Below, piece after piece: positions 10,966 through 24,603 of a stretch of 64,000 nt of DNA. Source of the stretch: Parasitella parasitica NRRL 2501 (lineage: Eukaryota; Fungi; Mucoromycota); assembly GCA_025201805.1 (NCBI GenBank), contig MU619363.1, forward strand, positions 28,366 through 92,365. Reading direction: 5' to 3'. The notes beneath the pieces were generated by a model that worked only from the letters and a program-made list of their open reading frames with translations, had not been told where the DNA came from and made no database searches. The stretch's first letter is position 1; each line of letters starts with the position of its first letter. Position numbers and translations under genes: made by a program.

Positions 10966-13900
10966 ATGGAAATTCACAAAGTTCCTGACAAAGCGCCAAG
11001 TAACGACCATTGCTTCTCCAGTCAAGTGGCAGCTATATACACATCAACTTTCCACTACGTCGGCATGGAATTCGTAGATGCGCTGATGCGGGAAATTACT
11101 ATCCAGACTCAAGCTGACTCTGCCGTATTCCTGCAACTGCTGTCGCCCGAAGAATACAAAGATATTTCCAGCACATATACCAAAGACGGCAAGAGCAGAT
11201 TCCATGTCGTTTCTTGCGCAACATCAACCACTAGTTCCCCTGAAATTCAACACTCTTCCTGCTCCTCAGGTGATGATCCATCACCATCGTTAAATGTAGG
11301 TTCAATATCCGATGTGCTCCAGGATCAGTTCCTATTGATTAGGTCTTGCTTTTCAAATCAAGCAAGCATGAAATCAAGGTAAAACCCGCACACACACACA
11401 CAGCACACATGAATGTCATTTGAATTTGAAACTTGCTAAACCTTCCCCTTAAAAATTAGATTGTCTAATGCAATTATACCTCTTTCGACACTAAGCTCAA
11501 CATCACCATACATAAAAGCTTTGCTTCATGGCAACCAGCTAACATCCATCGTGAGCAGAGACAACGAAGCAATTGAAAGGGGTATTTATCCAGATTACGA
11601 GCATTTTGTGGGATACAGATTAGAGTCAGTACAAAAAGAGGATAGTGTCATTAGGGGCATATTATGTGTTACTGATACGACTATCATGGAAGCTGGAAAA
11701 TTAAGCATAATACGCAATATATTAGACACTGTAAATACGCGATGCATCAACGAATTGAATCAGATACAGAGCCAGGAACAACTGATCAGCGCAAGAGATC
11801 TGGCCGTACTGGATGCAGAAAACAAGCTGAAATTCTTGGCTGATATGAGTCATGAAATAAGGTAATATGCTGTGTGTATTCATGTGCATGTGTGTGTATA
11901 CTTAAGCTATGCCTGATTAGAACACCCATGAATGCTGTCATTGCTTTGACTGATCTATTGTTACAAGAAAGATCTAGTCTGAATGTTGAGCAAATTGAGC
12001 ATTTAGAAGTGATCCAAACTAGCGGAAGCCATCTACTTACTGTAAGTTTTGACGTTTTTTTCTATATGTGAAAGCTTTAAAAAAAAAAAAAGCTCGCGCT
12101 AAATTAAGAACAACTCAGATTATAAACGACATTCTTGATATATCTAAATTAAACCATGACCCAAAATTCAAACTAGAAAGCAGAAGATTTAGCTTGCGAA
12201 AATGCTTGAAGGGTAAAAGAAGGCTGCTGAATGATTCTGTAATAGTTCTAATTAAACAACAAACAGACACATTAAATATGGCTAGACATCAAGCCTCCAT
12301 GAGTCAGCAAAACAAGGTTGTTTATGTGCTGGAGTGTCCGCCTGACAAGGATGACAATCTACCACTGCCTCAGCTCATCGCACAGCTTGAAAACAAGGGT
12401 GTTCTTTTAAGGCCGTTGCTGCATAAAAAGGGCAAAACCGTATTGCCGGTAATTTGGAAAATTGACTCAGACGTGCCTGACCATCTACTAGGCGATACCA
12501 TGCGTCTAACTCAAATCATGCTGAACTTGTGCTCCAATGCTGTTAAGGTAAGCGCTTTTTTTTTTTCCATGCGGACCCAAACTGGCCAACTGAGCGTATT
12601 TTAGTTTACCAAGCAGGGTGGCATTCATATCCGCATCAAACGATCTACGCCAACGCCTCTTCGTACGTCGTCATCTCAGAGCAGACACAACGAGAGACGC
12701 ATGACCTTCAAGGAACGTTATGACGCAAAAATTGAAACAATGTGGAGCCAGGCACTGCAGGACAGGAGGGAGAGAAGCAACAGTTTGTGCAATCCATCCA
12801 TGTCGCCTACGTCCTCCTCCACCACGCCAGGCGGTGGTCTCGTTGCTGGCTCAGAAGACTTGGATGGAGACTATTTTGGCGAAAAAGCGATTCTGGAGAT
12901 TTCAGTGACGGACACTGGTATCGGAATACCTGCAGATCGTTTGCCTAAACTGTTCAAGTCCTTTTCTCAAATTGATATTTCAACAGCTAGGCGCTATGGT
13001 GGTACAGGTCTAGGCTTGGCCATCTCAAGTACACTCGTCAATCGTATGGGCGGGTGTGTTTGGGTCGAGTCAGAAGAAGGCGTCGGATCAAGGTTTGCCT
13101 TGACACTGCCAATGACTGTCGCTCCACGAGGAAGGAATTACAGCAGTGATAGCACTCCCCTTGGCTTTGCTGGCTCGCCTTCGTCACCTGGCTCTACCGT
13201 GTCTGACAGTAGTAGTAGCGTCCACTCTGCTATAGGCTCCAACAATGCGGGGAGTGACATCATATCACCCATTTCTTCTATTTACACTTTTACTACTCCA
13301 GTTGTGAATAATAGTCCAAGCAACCCTGGATATTTTCCATTGACGGTGGCTGGCACAAGCACGATTTCGCAACAGCAACAGCAACAACAGCAGCAGCAAC
13401 AGCAGCAACAGCAGCAACAGCAGCAACAGCAGCAACAGCAGCAACAGCAGCAACAGCAGCAACAGCAAATGTACCGTCCCATGCTCCCAAGGACCACACA
13501 TCAACAGCTATTTGTCTCGGATGTCTACAACGCTCGAACAGAACCTCAGTTAATACCTCAAATTATCCAAGGAAACAGCAACGATTCCTTCTCCCCTATG
13601 GCCGAAGATACGCAGACAATGGATCCGTCTAGTATTGCTACAATGGATTCCCAAAATGCCGAAGATGGGAAAAGAACTCTAGCCAATACGGGCAGCAGCA
13701 GCAGCAATAGCACTCAAAATAACCTCACTGCAAACAGTAATAGTAGAAAACCATACAATGATTTATTATCCCCGGCAAGTCGCAGCGGTCGGGTGGGTAT
13801 CGCAAAGCAACACTATCATAATCGAAAGCCACAAACAAAAGAAGAAAATCTTGCGAAATCGCATCCTTTACGAATTCTGCTAGCGGAAGATAACATATGT

Positions 13901-14639
13901 AAGTACGACGGTGTGTCATAACGCCTTTCTCTTTCTCTCTTTCTCTTCATCAACTGATAAATACATGACAGTGAATCAAAAAATTGCCATCAGCATATTG
14001 AAACGTTTGGGCTATGTGGATGTGGCTATAGCAAATAACGGAAGCGAGGTATTGACGCTGATGAAAACCTCTGTGTTTGATATTATTTTTGTAAGATCTG
14101 ATTATCAGCCATCTTGCCATCACCCAAGATTAACATGTTTTATGGTATTGTAGATGGATCTGTATATGCCTGAAATGGATGGGCTCGAAGTGACTAGAGA
14201 AATCATCAAAGAAAGGGCTCGCCAAAAGCAGGTCGACGCCACCCTGCCTTTAAACGACATACATAATACCAGCGACTCTTGCCCTGGACTGGGTCTTTTA
14301 AATACAGTGGACGTCTACATTATTGCATTAACTGCCTCAGCATCACGTGAAGATCGACAAATTTGTATTGACGCAGGCATGAACGACTTTATCAGTAAGC
14401 CATTTACAATGACAGAGATGAAATCAGCTCTCAAGACGTGTGCCAGTAAGCGAAAGAAGCGAAGAAAGATTGCACAAAAGCAAATGGACCAGGTGTTTAC
14501 CACAGCGAGTGACGCTGATATCCATCCTGTTGCGTCTACGTCTGCCGAGACCATCAATGCACCAGACGATCCCATGTTGGATGTTGAAACTGCCTCTCCC
14601 TCTTCTTTGACAACCACAACTCCTTTGTACCTTGTATAA
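10966..14639 (+). CDS. Hybrid sensor histidine kinase (putative GAF-HisKA-HATPase-polyQ-REC), multi-exon
   Basis: FLADMSHEIR|TPMNAV H-box, NLCSNAVK|FT, VTDTGIGI, GGTGLGL, LLAEDN, F|MDLYMPEMDG, IIALTA, ISKP. Confidence 0.95.
13370..13468 (+). repeat. CAG/CAA repeat encoding Q33
   Basis: 99 nt, mostly (CAGCAGCAA)n. Confidence 0.97.
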
Positions 14640-14678
14640 TCCTTTCATTTAGTACTATTGATTTTTTGTTTTTTTTTT

Positions 14679-14788
14679 NNNNNNNNNNNNNNNNNNNNNN
14701 NNNNNNNNNNNNNNNNNNNNNNNNNNNNNNNNNNNNNNNNNNNNNNNNNNNNNNNNNNNNNNNNNNNNNNNNNNNNNNNNNNNNNNNN
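14679..14788. other. Assembly gap (N-run)
   Basis: Run of n. Confidence 1.
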
Positions 14789-15114
14789 GTTTGTATATAC
14801 AACATATTCGTCTCTTGTACCTTTCATTGTCATTACATTTTGTTTCATCTTCTTTTTTTTTTTAAAGAAAAAATATATATGCATTGTTTTCTTGATAATG
14901 GATTTATCATGTTGAAATAAAAACGAGCTTTCTATAGGTATATTTGTATGTGTAAATATACACAACCTGCATTATGTGGACAGTGTATTTAATCCTGCTT
15001 ATAGGGTAGATACTTTGATGAACAAGAAGCAAATGAAGGCGCATCATTTGCTAGAATGAGCTCTTTGCGAGACGAATGAATAAATGTGTGGAAACAGAAT
15101 GATGCCAGGGCCAT

Positions 15115-18100
15115 TCACTTTTGTCTGTTGTCTGCAATTATAAAAGCTTCTTGCAAGATAGAATGGAGCCCCTTTTGGTTTTCTGAAGTTTCATCGTCTT
15201 GCTGTTCATCGTCATTAGAGGATATGTTCTTATCCAAGCGCAACTTCATATCAGCCATTTTCAAAATGTACTCTTCAATAGATCCATTAGAAATCAGCTT
15301 GTGAATGATAACATCTTTTGTTTGGCCTACACCTAGAAGGAGAAGGGATTGAAGAAAAAAAATAAAACAATAAAACAATAAAGAAAATCAGCATCCAAGG
15401 TGGATAAACACGGAAATTAGAGTCTTACGATGCGCACGGTCTTCGGCTTGCTTGTCATTTTGTGGATTGAAATCAATGTCATACATGATTACGACACTAG
15501 GAGAAATTTCGGTAAACAGTCTGAATGGCAGGCAGGCCCACCACCACAAAACTTACTTTGAAGATGTCAAATTGATACCAAAGCCACCAGCCTTTGTGCT
15601 CAGTAAAAACACATCAATGTCGGCATTTTCATTGAAATCATCAATTGTGCTTTGTCTGTCCATGACCTTTGTCTCGCCGTCGAGTCGCAAAAAGGTGGCG
15701 CCAATCGTCTCCAAGACTAATTCGAGGATGTCCAGCATCTTTGTGAACTGGCTGAATATCAACACCTTGTTTCCCTTCTTTTTGTATTTGGGCAGCAACT
15801 CTTTCAGCTTTTCAACTTTGCCAGAATCCATCCACTCTTGGTTTTTCAAGCAGTGGCGCTTTATCTTCTAGTGGTGCGCAGATTTTGAGTCAAAGAGCTC
15901 GCTCTGTTGCATGTTTATCCCAATTTGTACTACCTTTTCTTCTTTGCAGAATCTATCCAGTTCGAAATCAGACATCACAGTCATATCTTCGTACATGTAT
16001 TCCAAGTTGGAGTCCCAGTACTTGACATCTTGGTGGAGTTCCTTGGCCATTCGGCGCAACAAGTCATCTGTGTACAGATTTCTGAACAGCAGCGGATGGT
16101 CAGCTGCTTTTCTTAAATGGATAACGACGTTCGACATGTCTTCAAACTGGGCAGCCATGTCCGTCTTCTTTTCGGCCACCTTTTTCTCCGAGTCGTCCTT
16201 CTTCACTAGCGATGCTTCGTACTTTTTCTTGGTCTGCTCAATGATGCGGGTATAGATTTTCGCTTGGCCTTCAGTCATATCGCAGCGCTCAATGACCTGC
16301 TCCTTTTTGGGCAAGTCTTTGAGAACATTTTCCTTTTTACGGCGAAGAACGAACGGAGTCATCATCTTTTTGGCACGGTTGATGCGTTCTTTTGCCAGCA
16401 CCTGAATAGACGTATCATCGGCTGCTCCAATCTTGTTCTTGTCTTGGCCTTGGCTTTTGTACGACTTGCGAATCTTGAAGATGGAGCGAATGTCTTCTTC
16501 ATGGTTGGCAAACGTCTCGGGCATGATAAATGTCAACAGGGACACTAATTCTTGGAGGTTGTTTTGCAAGGGAGTGCCGGTCAAGAGCAGACGGAAGGGG
16601 GTTTTGATGCTCATGAGAGATTTGTAGCGAGCGCTGGTGCAATTCTTGATCATATGGCCTTCGTCAAGAATCATCGAGCGACACCGTAGTCTTTTAAAGA
16701 ACTTTCTATCGTCTATATTGCCAGCAGCCAGGTTGTATGTAGTAATAATGACCTGGAATCCATTGGAGTCATTTTCCTCAAGCAGGTCTATTCTCTGGTC
16801 CATTCTCTCCTGCAGAGATCCGTGGTATAACCGAACTTCCAGGCTAGGGCAGAAGCGTTCGAATTCTCGCTCCCAGTTTTGAATCGTTGAAGACGGAACG
16901 ATAATCAGATGCGGGCCAGATTCGCCAAGTTCATGGAGCCTGCCCAGAAAACTAATCACTTGCGCAGTCTTTCCTAGCCCCATTTCGTCAGCTAAAATAC
17001 CAGAGATGCCTTTACGATACAGCAGCAGCATCCAATTGACGCCCAAGACCTGGTAGTCTTTCAACGTCATGGACGGATTGACACAATCAGGCTGCTGCGT
17101 GATGTATCCCTCCATGGCGTCTTGGTGACGCATTGCTGACCTTGCTCTTGCGCTGTCCAGACTAACGTTGGTCAAGGCCATGCCAGGCTGATCATCGGTA
17201 CCGCCATCGCCATTGTGGTTTAGTTGAGGGCTGGTAGTACATGGCTCTTCCCAGATACTGAGGATGTTGCGCAACTTGTTTCCTAAATTCTCAATCTTTT
17301 TGATAATCTGGTCCACAGCTCTGTAGCCGCTCATCATCTCGTAGCAGTATTCAATCAGCTTGACGCTCAGCCCTTTGGTCTGCCTTAATTTTGTTTCGAG
17401 TTCGTCTTCATCAGCAAAAGGCCGCAGCTCTATCAACTTATCAGCTGTTGTCGCCTTGCATCCAGACAATATTTGCAAATCCTTTGATGAACATGTGTTG
17501 AAATAGTCGACTACTGCTGATTGCTTTTGTCTGCTTGTAACTTGTCGACGCTCTTCGTCGTCGCTGTCGTCATCGTCCTCACTGTCCTCACTGTCCTCTT
17601 CCTCTTGCTCCTCTTCTTCTTCTTGGCTCATTTCAGCCACACTATTATCTGTGGCCTGGTTGCTGCTTGTCAGACGAGGTTTCTTGAGAGGTTTAGACTC
17701 GTCGGCCTTCTTCATGAGTACTTGACAGGCAGCCACAACAGTTCCTTTCTCTCGAAGGGCAGCTCTGATATCTTTGACGGTAACAGTGGGGATGATTCTG
17801 CTAATGCGCCGAATGTTTTCTTTTTCAGCTGTGATCTCCTGAAGGTTGAATGCTTTCGTGCGATCGCCTTGATACAAGTCATCAATGTCCTCCATCAAGT
17901 CGTCTTCAGAATCACTGATGGGCTGGCGCCTCTTCTTACTGTTGTTGTGGTCATTAGCAAAAGGTGCTTCTGTTGGTGTGTCATCTGCCGCCTCATCGTC
18001 ATCTTCCTCTAGCTCTGCTTCTTCATCAGAGGAAAAGACAATCCTGTTTAGCCGTCTCACAGGCTTCCTATCTCTCAATACACGCTTGGATCCAATCGTC

Positions 18101-18519
18101 ATGTCATCGTCTGAGTCATCGTCTGGGATGTCAAGCGTATCCTGGTTTTCTGCCCTTTCGCCTCTTTCGTCTCTTTCGTCTCTTTTGTCCAAGGCATCAG
18201 CATGCACATATGATTGCTTGAGCCTTTTTGAAGGCGTCGTAAGGTCAATGAGCGATTTCTTTGGTTTGGGTTCAAAACCAACCTTTTTAAACGTCTCTGC
18301 CAAGCTATCAGTGCTGCTGCTTCTGCTGTTGATGCTTGATAATGAAAATGTGGATGATTTAGAAGCAAATACTGGACGATTGACACTTTTCAAATTGGCA
18401 TTGACTTTGATCATTGGCCGATTGTCCTTTGCCAAAGGCTTCTTTACTGGAGCAAAGAATGTGCTGATCGGCCTAGCGTTTTGATTTGTGGGAGAAGTCT
18501 TTGATGAAGAAGGTGGCAT
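15115..18519 (-). CDS. FUN30: SNF2-family chromatin remodeler, Fun30/SMARCAD1 (Fft)-like
   Basis: LKDYQVLGVNW, ILADEMGLGKTAQ, LDEGH, LLTGTPLQNNL, LIFSQFT, LLSTKAGGFGINL; acidic N-terminus with CUE-like helix; large insert between lobes. Confidence 0.9.
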
Positions 18520-19113
18520 TCTTTTATGCTACTAGATGACGAATGAATAAGAGAGAGAGAGAGAGAGAGCGAGCGACTAGAAAAAAATTTTAATTATTAA
18601 TTACGTGAAGGATATCCAAATATTTATACACCACTTCCTGCTTTGTTTCAAATTAAAGAATCTGCTTCTATTTTGTCTAAATTGAATCAACACGCAAGAT
18701 GCATGTAGCCTCTCCTACGCTTTCTACGTGTTCTCTACCATATACAGGCATTTTTGAAAGCTTATTTCTTTTCGACATTGCTTCATCAAAGGGGAGGCTC
18801 CAAAACTAGCAAATTGACGCCTTTACATGCTATCGTTTGTAGTTTAGCCTGCGTGCGTTATTATGCATACTACCAGCAGCAGCGGCAAGCAATGCATTTT
18901 TGTGCCCAAGGATTTTGTTTAGTGAAATAGCTCTACATTATCTATTGTACTAGCCGCTTACCGAAGCCGCATCAAAGCATTGTTCATGCCCAAATTGGGG
19001 TCAACTTCAAACACGCACACACACACACACATTACAACCAAAAGAGCAAGGAGTCACAGGAAAGATGTTCCACCACACCAATCCTCTCGAAATTGCACAT
19101 TTTCTCCTATTTC

Positions 19114-19428
19114 NNNNNNNNNNNNNNNNNNNNNNNNNNNNNNNNNNNNNNNNNNNNNNNNNNNNNNNNNNNNNNNNNNNNNNNNNNNNNNNNNNNNNNN
19201 NNNNNNNNNNNNNNNNNNNNNNNNNNNNNNNNNNNNNNNNNNNNNNNNNNNNNNNNNNNNNNNNNNNNNNNNNNNNNNNNNNNNNNNNNNNNNNNNNNNN
19301 NNNNNNNNNNNNNNNNNNNNNNNNNNNNNNNNNNNNNNNNNNNNNNNNNNNNNNNNNNNNNNNNNNNNNNNNNNNNNNNNNNNNNNNNNNNNNNNNNNNN
19401 NNNNNNNNNNNNNNNNNNNNNNNNNNNN
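19114..19428. other. Assembly gap (N-run), probably hides the start of the WD40 gene
   Basis: Run of n. Confidence 1.
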
Positions 19429-19429
19429 T

Positions 19430-22065
19430 GTTGTAGTGTCAATAAATGGCAACAAAAGCGATAGCGGTTATCTGTACGAAACAAACCAGTCAGGGGAAAG
19501 GAATTTCACTAGTAAAGTGGGCCATTATTTGTATCACATTGCGCTCAGCTAATTTGCAACTGTTTAATTAGAGCCTCCCAGCATATATCTACACGAAGAT
19601 GACGAAGCTGACAAGATTTCAGTGCACAGTAGCATGTATGAAGACGTAAGAGCGGAGAGCGCTTCAAAGCCAGAGTAAATATCAAAGGCGGGGAGAGGAA
19701 CTCAAAATAACAGAATCACCCGCTAACAGTATCATGGAAAATCAGAAAATCCCCAAAAAGAGGCTTTTTTGAGAGAATAGGATTGAAAAAGAAGCACAAT
19801 CACCCGAACTCTGAATCGAATCTCCAGCATGATCATTCGCGACTATCAGATGAAGACGACGACGATGAGCATATCGACGCCGTGGAGGATAACAATGATG
19901 ATGAGGATGATGAGGACGATGTCAGCTCTTGTACCTCAGAGGAAGAAGGCAATGTTCCGCAGATCAGCGTCTCCACTCCCACCTCGATTTCTGGTAGACC
20001 TGGCTCCTTACACCAGAGCAGCAGCTTTTCAGGTGGAAAGTACGTCAAGGTAAGCGAGCATTTCAAAGAGCAAGACGCAAGGGCATAATTATTGATATCA
20101 GGCATTCATGCTAGACAAAGACAAAACACAAAAAGACCAATCAAGAGTTTTCGCGGCTCATGCTAGCACAAAGCATTCAGACTTGCCACAAGCCTGATCT
20201 AGCTTCATTGGGATCCAGCAATAAGCATGAATACAACAACCACTACAGAATGGCATCCGATTCATCGACGGAACCTAGCCCAAATCACCCTTACGGCGCC
20301 ATTTGGGTGCTGAAGTTTAGTAAAGATGGCTGTTATTTGGCATCTGGTGGCCAGAACTGTGTTGTCTACTTGTGGAAGCTGCTGGATCAAAATACCCAAG
20401 ATGTTCCTGAATATTCTATCAATGTTTTGGAAGAGAAACCTCACATGGAATATATTGGACATAAGGCGGATATTTTAGACCTCGCATGGTCAAAGGTAAC
20501 GGTTACGCTCCACTTTTCGCAACGATCAACAGAGCTTAATTTCAAGTACCTTTCTGTAGAACAATTTTTTGCTGTCAAGCTCAATGGACCATTCAGTGAG
20601 GTAACACTAGCTGGGCACATGCTTTTAGCAGGGTACTAACCCAATTCATAAAGACTGTGGCACACAACGCAAAAAGATTGCTTGTGTGTATTCCAGCACT
20701 TGAACTTTGTTACTTCAATTGAATTTCATCCCAAGGTAAAATGAATATATATATATATATAATAATAATAGCGTATCCTATGGCTGATTATTATTCATCA
20801 ATACATGCAAAAAGGACGATCGCTTCTTCTTATCTGGATCTATGGATGGCAGAATTCGAATCTGGAGTATACCCGAGAAACGAGTTGCATTCTGGAATGA
20901 GATTCCCGGAAATCGATTGGTCACTGCTGCAGGCTTTACATTAGACGGTAAAGCGGTGGTTGCAGGCTCGCATGATGGCCATTGCTACTTTTTCGAGACA
21001 CAAAGCTTCAAATACATCACTCAGATATGTGTAAATAGCGACATGACGAGCAACCGCAACTCATCGTCGAAGAAAGGACCCAAAATTACAGGCATCGAGA
21101 TGATGCCGGGAATGACACCCGGGGATGAGAAACTGCTGGTTACCAGCAATGATTCGAAAGTGAGGTTATTCAACATGAAGGACAAAAGTTTGATGTTCAA
21201 GTACAAGGGCGCTGAAAACACCTGTCTTCAGATCAAAGCAACTTTTAGGTGGGTAGCAGCGACTATCATGTACACTTTGTTTTGCTAATCTTACGATAAC
21301 CTCTTACATAGCGACGATGGAAGGTATATCATCAGCGGATCTGAAGATTGCCACACGTACATCTGGCGCACAGAGCAATCTAGCGTATCGCCTTTACATC
21401 ATTTACACGAATCGAGAAATAAAGCACTGTCTGTATTTGGTCATGTTGGCGAATCCACAATGAACTTTTCCAGTGCTACTCGCCATCTTGATAATCTTTC
21501 GGCCCCCACGCTGCAGCGAAATGAACCTCTACCAACGTCTCCAAAGCACAGTCAACAGCAAACACGTTTTTCAAAATGGCTAAAGAAAAGGGACGACCCA
21601 AAAGACAAAATTCGAAGCAGAACTGAATATTTTGAAGCGCACGATTATGTTGTAACCGCGGCTATCTTTGCACCTGCCAAGACAAGGCAGCACATTGCAA
21701 AGTCAAGACAAGATACAATTTACAACAATACACCTTTGCATCTACAAAGGCAGCCGACAGGGAGCAGCAATGGAAGCCATTCATCTGCATCCTTTGCCGA
21801 AGACGATCAATACTCTGAGGGGCATATCCTTGTAACTGCTGATTTCCGTGGACTCATCAAAGTATGGCGAATAGATTCCGGCACTTATGGCAACCAACAA
21901 AATATATCCACTTTACAAATCGATACCCAATCTTTGCATCCTTCATTGGCACCGTCAGAACTCTCTACGACGTCTCTAAACGGTAGTGGCGCTCGCTCTG
22001 TTTCATCTCCATCACCCAAGGTTCGTAAGAACTTTGGGCTTTTTTCACCACGGCATTCCAAGTAA
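19430..22065 (+). CDS. WD40-repeat protein, WDR44/Laf1-Dgr2-like (multi-exon, 5' end in gap)
   Basis: GAIWVLKFSKDGCYLASGGQ, GHKADILDLAWSK|NNFLLSSSMD, FHPK|DDRFFLSGSMDGRIRIW, LLVTSNDSKVR, QIKATF. Confidence 0.88.
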
Positions 22066-22649
22066 AGCGCTTTTATTTATATTTGATGAGATTTCTTATA
22101 CCAAATCCTTATGTGTGAAAAAAAAAAACTGTTTAGTTCATTTGTAACCCTTCAATACAATGATGGAATTCTTCTCAATATGTAGCATGTTGGTTTTTTT
22201 TTCTTTTTTTTTTTTTTTTATTTCCAACAGTGAGAAATCACATCTAACAAACAATTGATGGACATAATTGGAATCACCAAGAAATTTTACTTTTGTCATT
22301 TCTCCTATCGCTCAACTAGCAACTGTTGTGATCTTTGAATTCATTTTGTGATCGTGATCGTGATCAATCAAGGAAACTATTCAGACAACAGATTGCGTTT
22401 TCATCATGTATGTACGTCGTCGTGTGAACCGTATAAAACAGAGGCCCATCAGACAAATGTTGAAAGGCCATGAGTCTTTGGTCGATCAATAAACTAAGTT
22501 TACAAAGTAACGCCTTTCGAAAGCATGTATCCTCCTTTCTGGGAGCAGGGTAATACCGCATTCTTTCTTTGCGAAATATACAACAAAGGGTGTTGTTATT
22601 GCTTTTAATTCGGTGCAAAATTACAACGGAATATATGTAAAGATGCCTC

Positions 22650-22935
22650 TTTTTTTTTTTTTTTTATTTTATGAATTTTTTTTTACCTTTTTTTTTTTTT
22701 TTTTTTAAGAATCGTCGTTCAGGGGACCCGAGTTCAAGCGAGTCAGCTTTATTCAAATGCGCTATTAAGTCCAACATGCTGGGTTGAATCCAATTCCTTA
22801 GAGTAGTAGGCGTAAATACAATACTGTACTCTGATAACCTTTTACTTTTTGTAGTTGTTTCTTGCATGTCAGTGTCTTTCGGTTCTTCCTCGACTATCTT
22901 TTTTTTTTTTTTTTTTTTTTTTATTTTATGAATTT
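22650..22935 (-). mobile_element. Short retroposed insertion (5'-truncated LINE/SINE/retrocopy) with poly(A) tail and target-site duplication
   Basis: Direct repeat Tn-ATTTTATGAATTT at 22650-22678 and ~22907-22935; T-tail 22679-22706; body 22707-22898; AATAAA on - strand at 22748-22753. Confidence 0.65.
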
Positions 22936-23096
22936 AAACAATGATCGCTATTTTGTTGCCTATTTGTAAAATGCAAATGCGATTCCGGTAATGTTTGATA
23001 AAAGTAACAAAATTTGATTTTATTTACTATACGTCTAAAATACATAGTGATGCAGAAAAAGGATAGAAGAAACGAATATCGATTTTGCTTTTGGAA

Positions 23097-24603
23097 TTAC
23101 TTGCATAACATAGCAATCAAAGCACCACCGACACTACCGCCTTCAGAGGCAACTTCAAGAGTGATTTTTCTACTGATATCTTTACCATACCACTCATCTA
23201 GAGCGCGACGAACACGAAGGTTCATATGAGGATAAAATTCATACGTGGAACCGTTAATACCAACAACAATATCATCGCGATCAACGTCAAGCAATTTTTG
23301 TTGTTCAATCAGAGAGATAATAGGGACAGCTGCCAAGGAAGCAGAACGAGTAGAAACAATACGGCAGATGCGAGTCAAAATGGCAACATCGTTCAAGGTT
23401 GGGGTATTTACAAAGTTGAAGTTGCTCAAAAGCTCGAGACTTGTTTTATGATCGGCCTTGTTATCATTCTCCAAGGTGCTCATATACATGGTAGGAAAAG
23501 CCCAATCACCATCGAAGCCCTCAGGAACATGGCCTTTAAACAAGTCGCCAGCCTTGATAAAGTCCATTGCAATTAATCGAGTCAGTTCACCCATGTAAGC
23601 ACCGGAAAGCATCTTTTCATACAGTTGGAACTTTGGTTGGCTGTGCGAATTGTCTAATACCAGGTCATACTTGGTCAATGGCAAGTAAGCCTCGGTGCCA
23701 AAGATATCAATCTCGGTATTAATCAGCATCTCTGCATCTTCAGGGTATTTTTTGCGCACACTTTCGTCGAGTTTAGTGATAAGAGGCACCTTTTCAGGAT
23801 AAGCAGCGTTAATCCCTGTGGCAAAGATGAGACCGATACGACAAGCAGGATTGGTGTAAGCATGAGCTACAAGCGTACCAACTGTGTCGTTAAGAATTGC
23901 AGTTACCTTGACATTCAAGTTCTGTGTAAAAAAGTAATGCATTTATTTAGTTGCTACCCTCTCCAACAACCCATTTTGAACAAACCTTGCGCTTAAAAGC
24001 ACTGTGGAACATGTCAGCAAGATCATTGCCTTCTGTATTTTGTAGAGTAAATCCCTTGCCCATTCTAAGGATAGTACCTCGATCGACAGCAGTTTGACTA
24101 TAAAAGGCAAAATGTATTAATTAATCTGTGGTTCTGTTTACATAAACAAACACTTACTCAACTGGGAAACTCCAGCAGACGCCTAAAGCGAGTGTTTCTT
24201 TGCCAGCAACTTGGGATTCGGTAAAGAGATGTTTAGCATCTACAGTTACAAGGTCATGGATAGCATCAGCAATCCAATCAAAGAAAACAGAGCCTTCACC
24301 AGTCTTTAATTCAAGAGTAGGACGGCGTTTAAGTTCATGAACGACAGATTTACCAGCACCTCTGAGTTCAACAGCAGCAATACGCAAGTTAGTACCTCCC
24401 AAATCCAAAGAAAGAAAAGTTCCGGTTTCATCACCAGTTGGCATTTTGGTAACAAAGGAAGGGATCATAGTAGCTAAACCTTTGGAAGGTGTTTTCAACC
24501 CGGTTTTGTATTCAAGATTGAATCCGTCGACAATAGGTTTAAGTTGGTCTCTTGATAATAAGAAATTTTTCTCGAGCGATTGAAAGATAGCGTCAGCACC
24601 CAT
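23097..24603 (-). CDS. Hexokinase (multi-exon)
   Basis: MIPSFV, LSLDLGGTNLR, CWSFPV, RMGKGF, LNDTVGTL, GTG-like ATGINAAY, YEKMLSG, GINGS, EGGSVGGA. Confidence 0.95.

Noticed and set aside
13265-13504. Poly-Leu/Cys/Ala ORFs
   Set aside because: Antisense frames of the polyQ repeat
8467-14639. Secondary-metabolite cluster around the BVMO
   Set aside because: No PKS/NRPS/terpene synthase or other tailoring genes nearby
14554-19552. ORFs containing long X runs
   Set aside because: Artefacts of reading through the N-gaps
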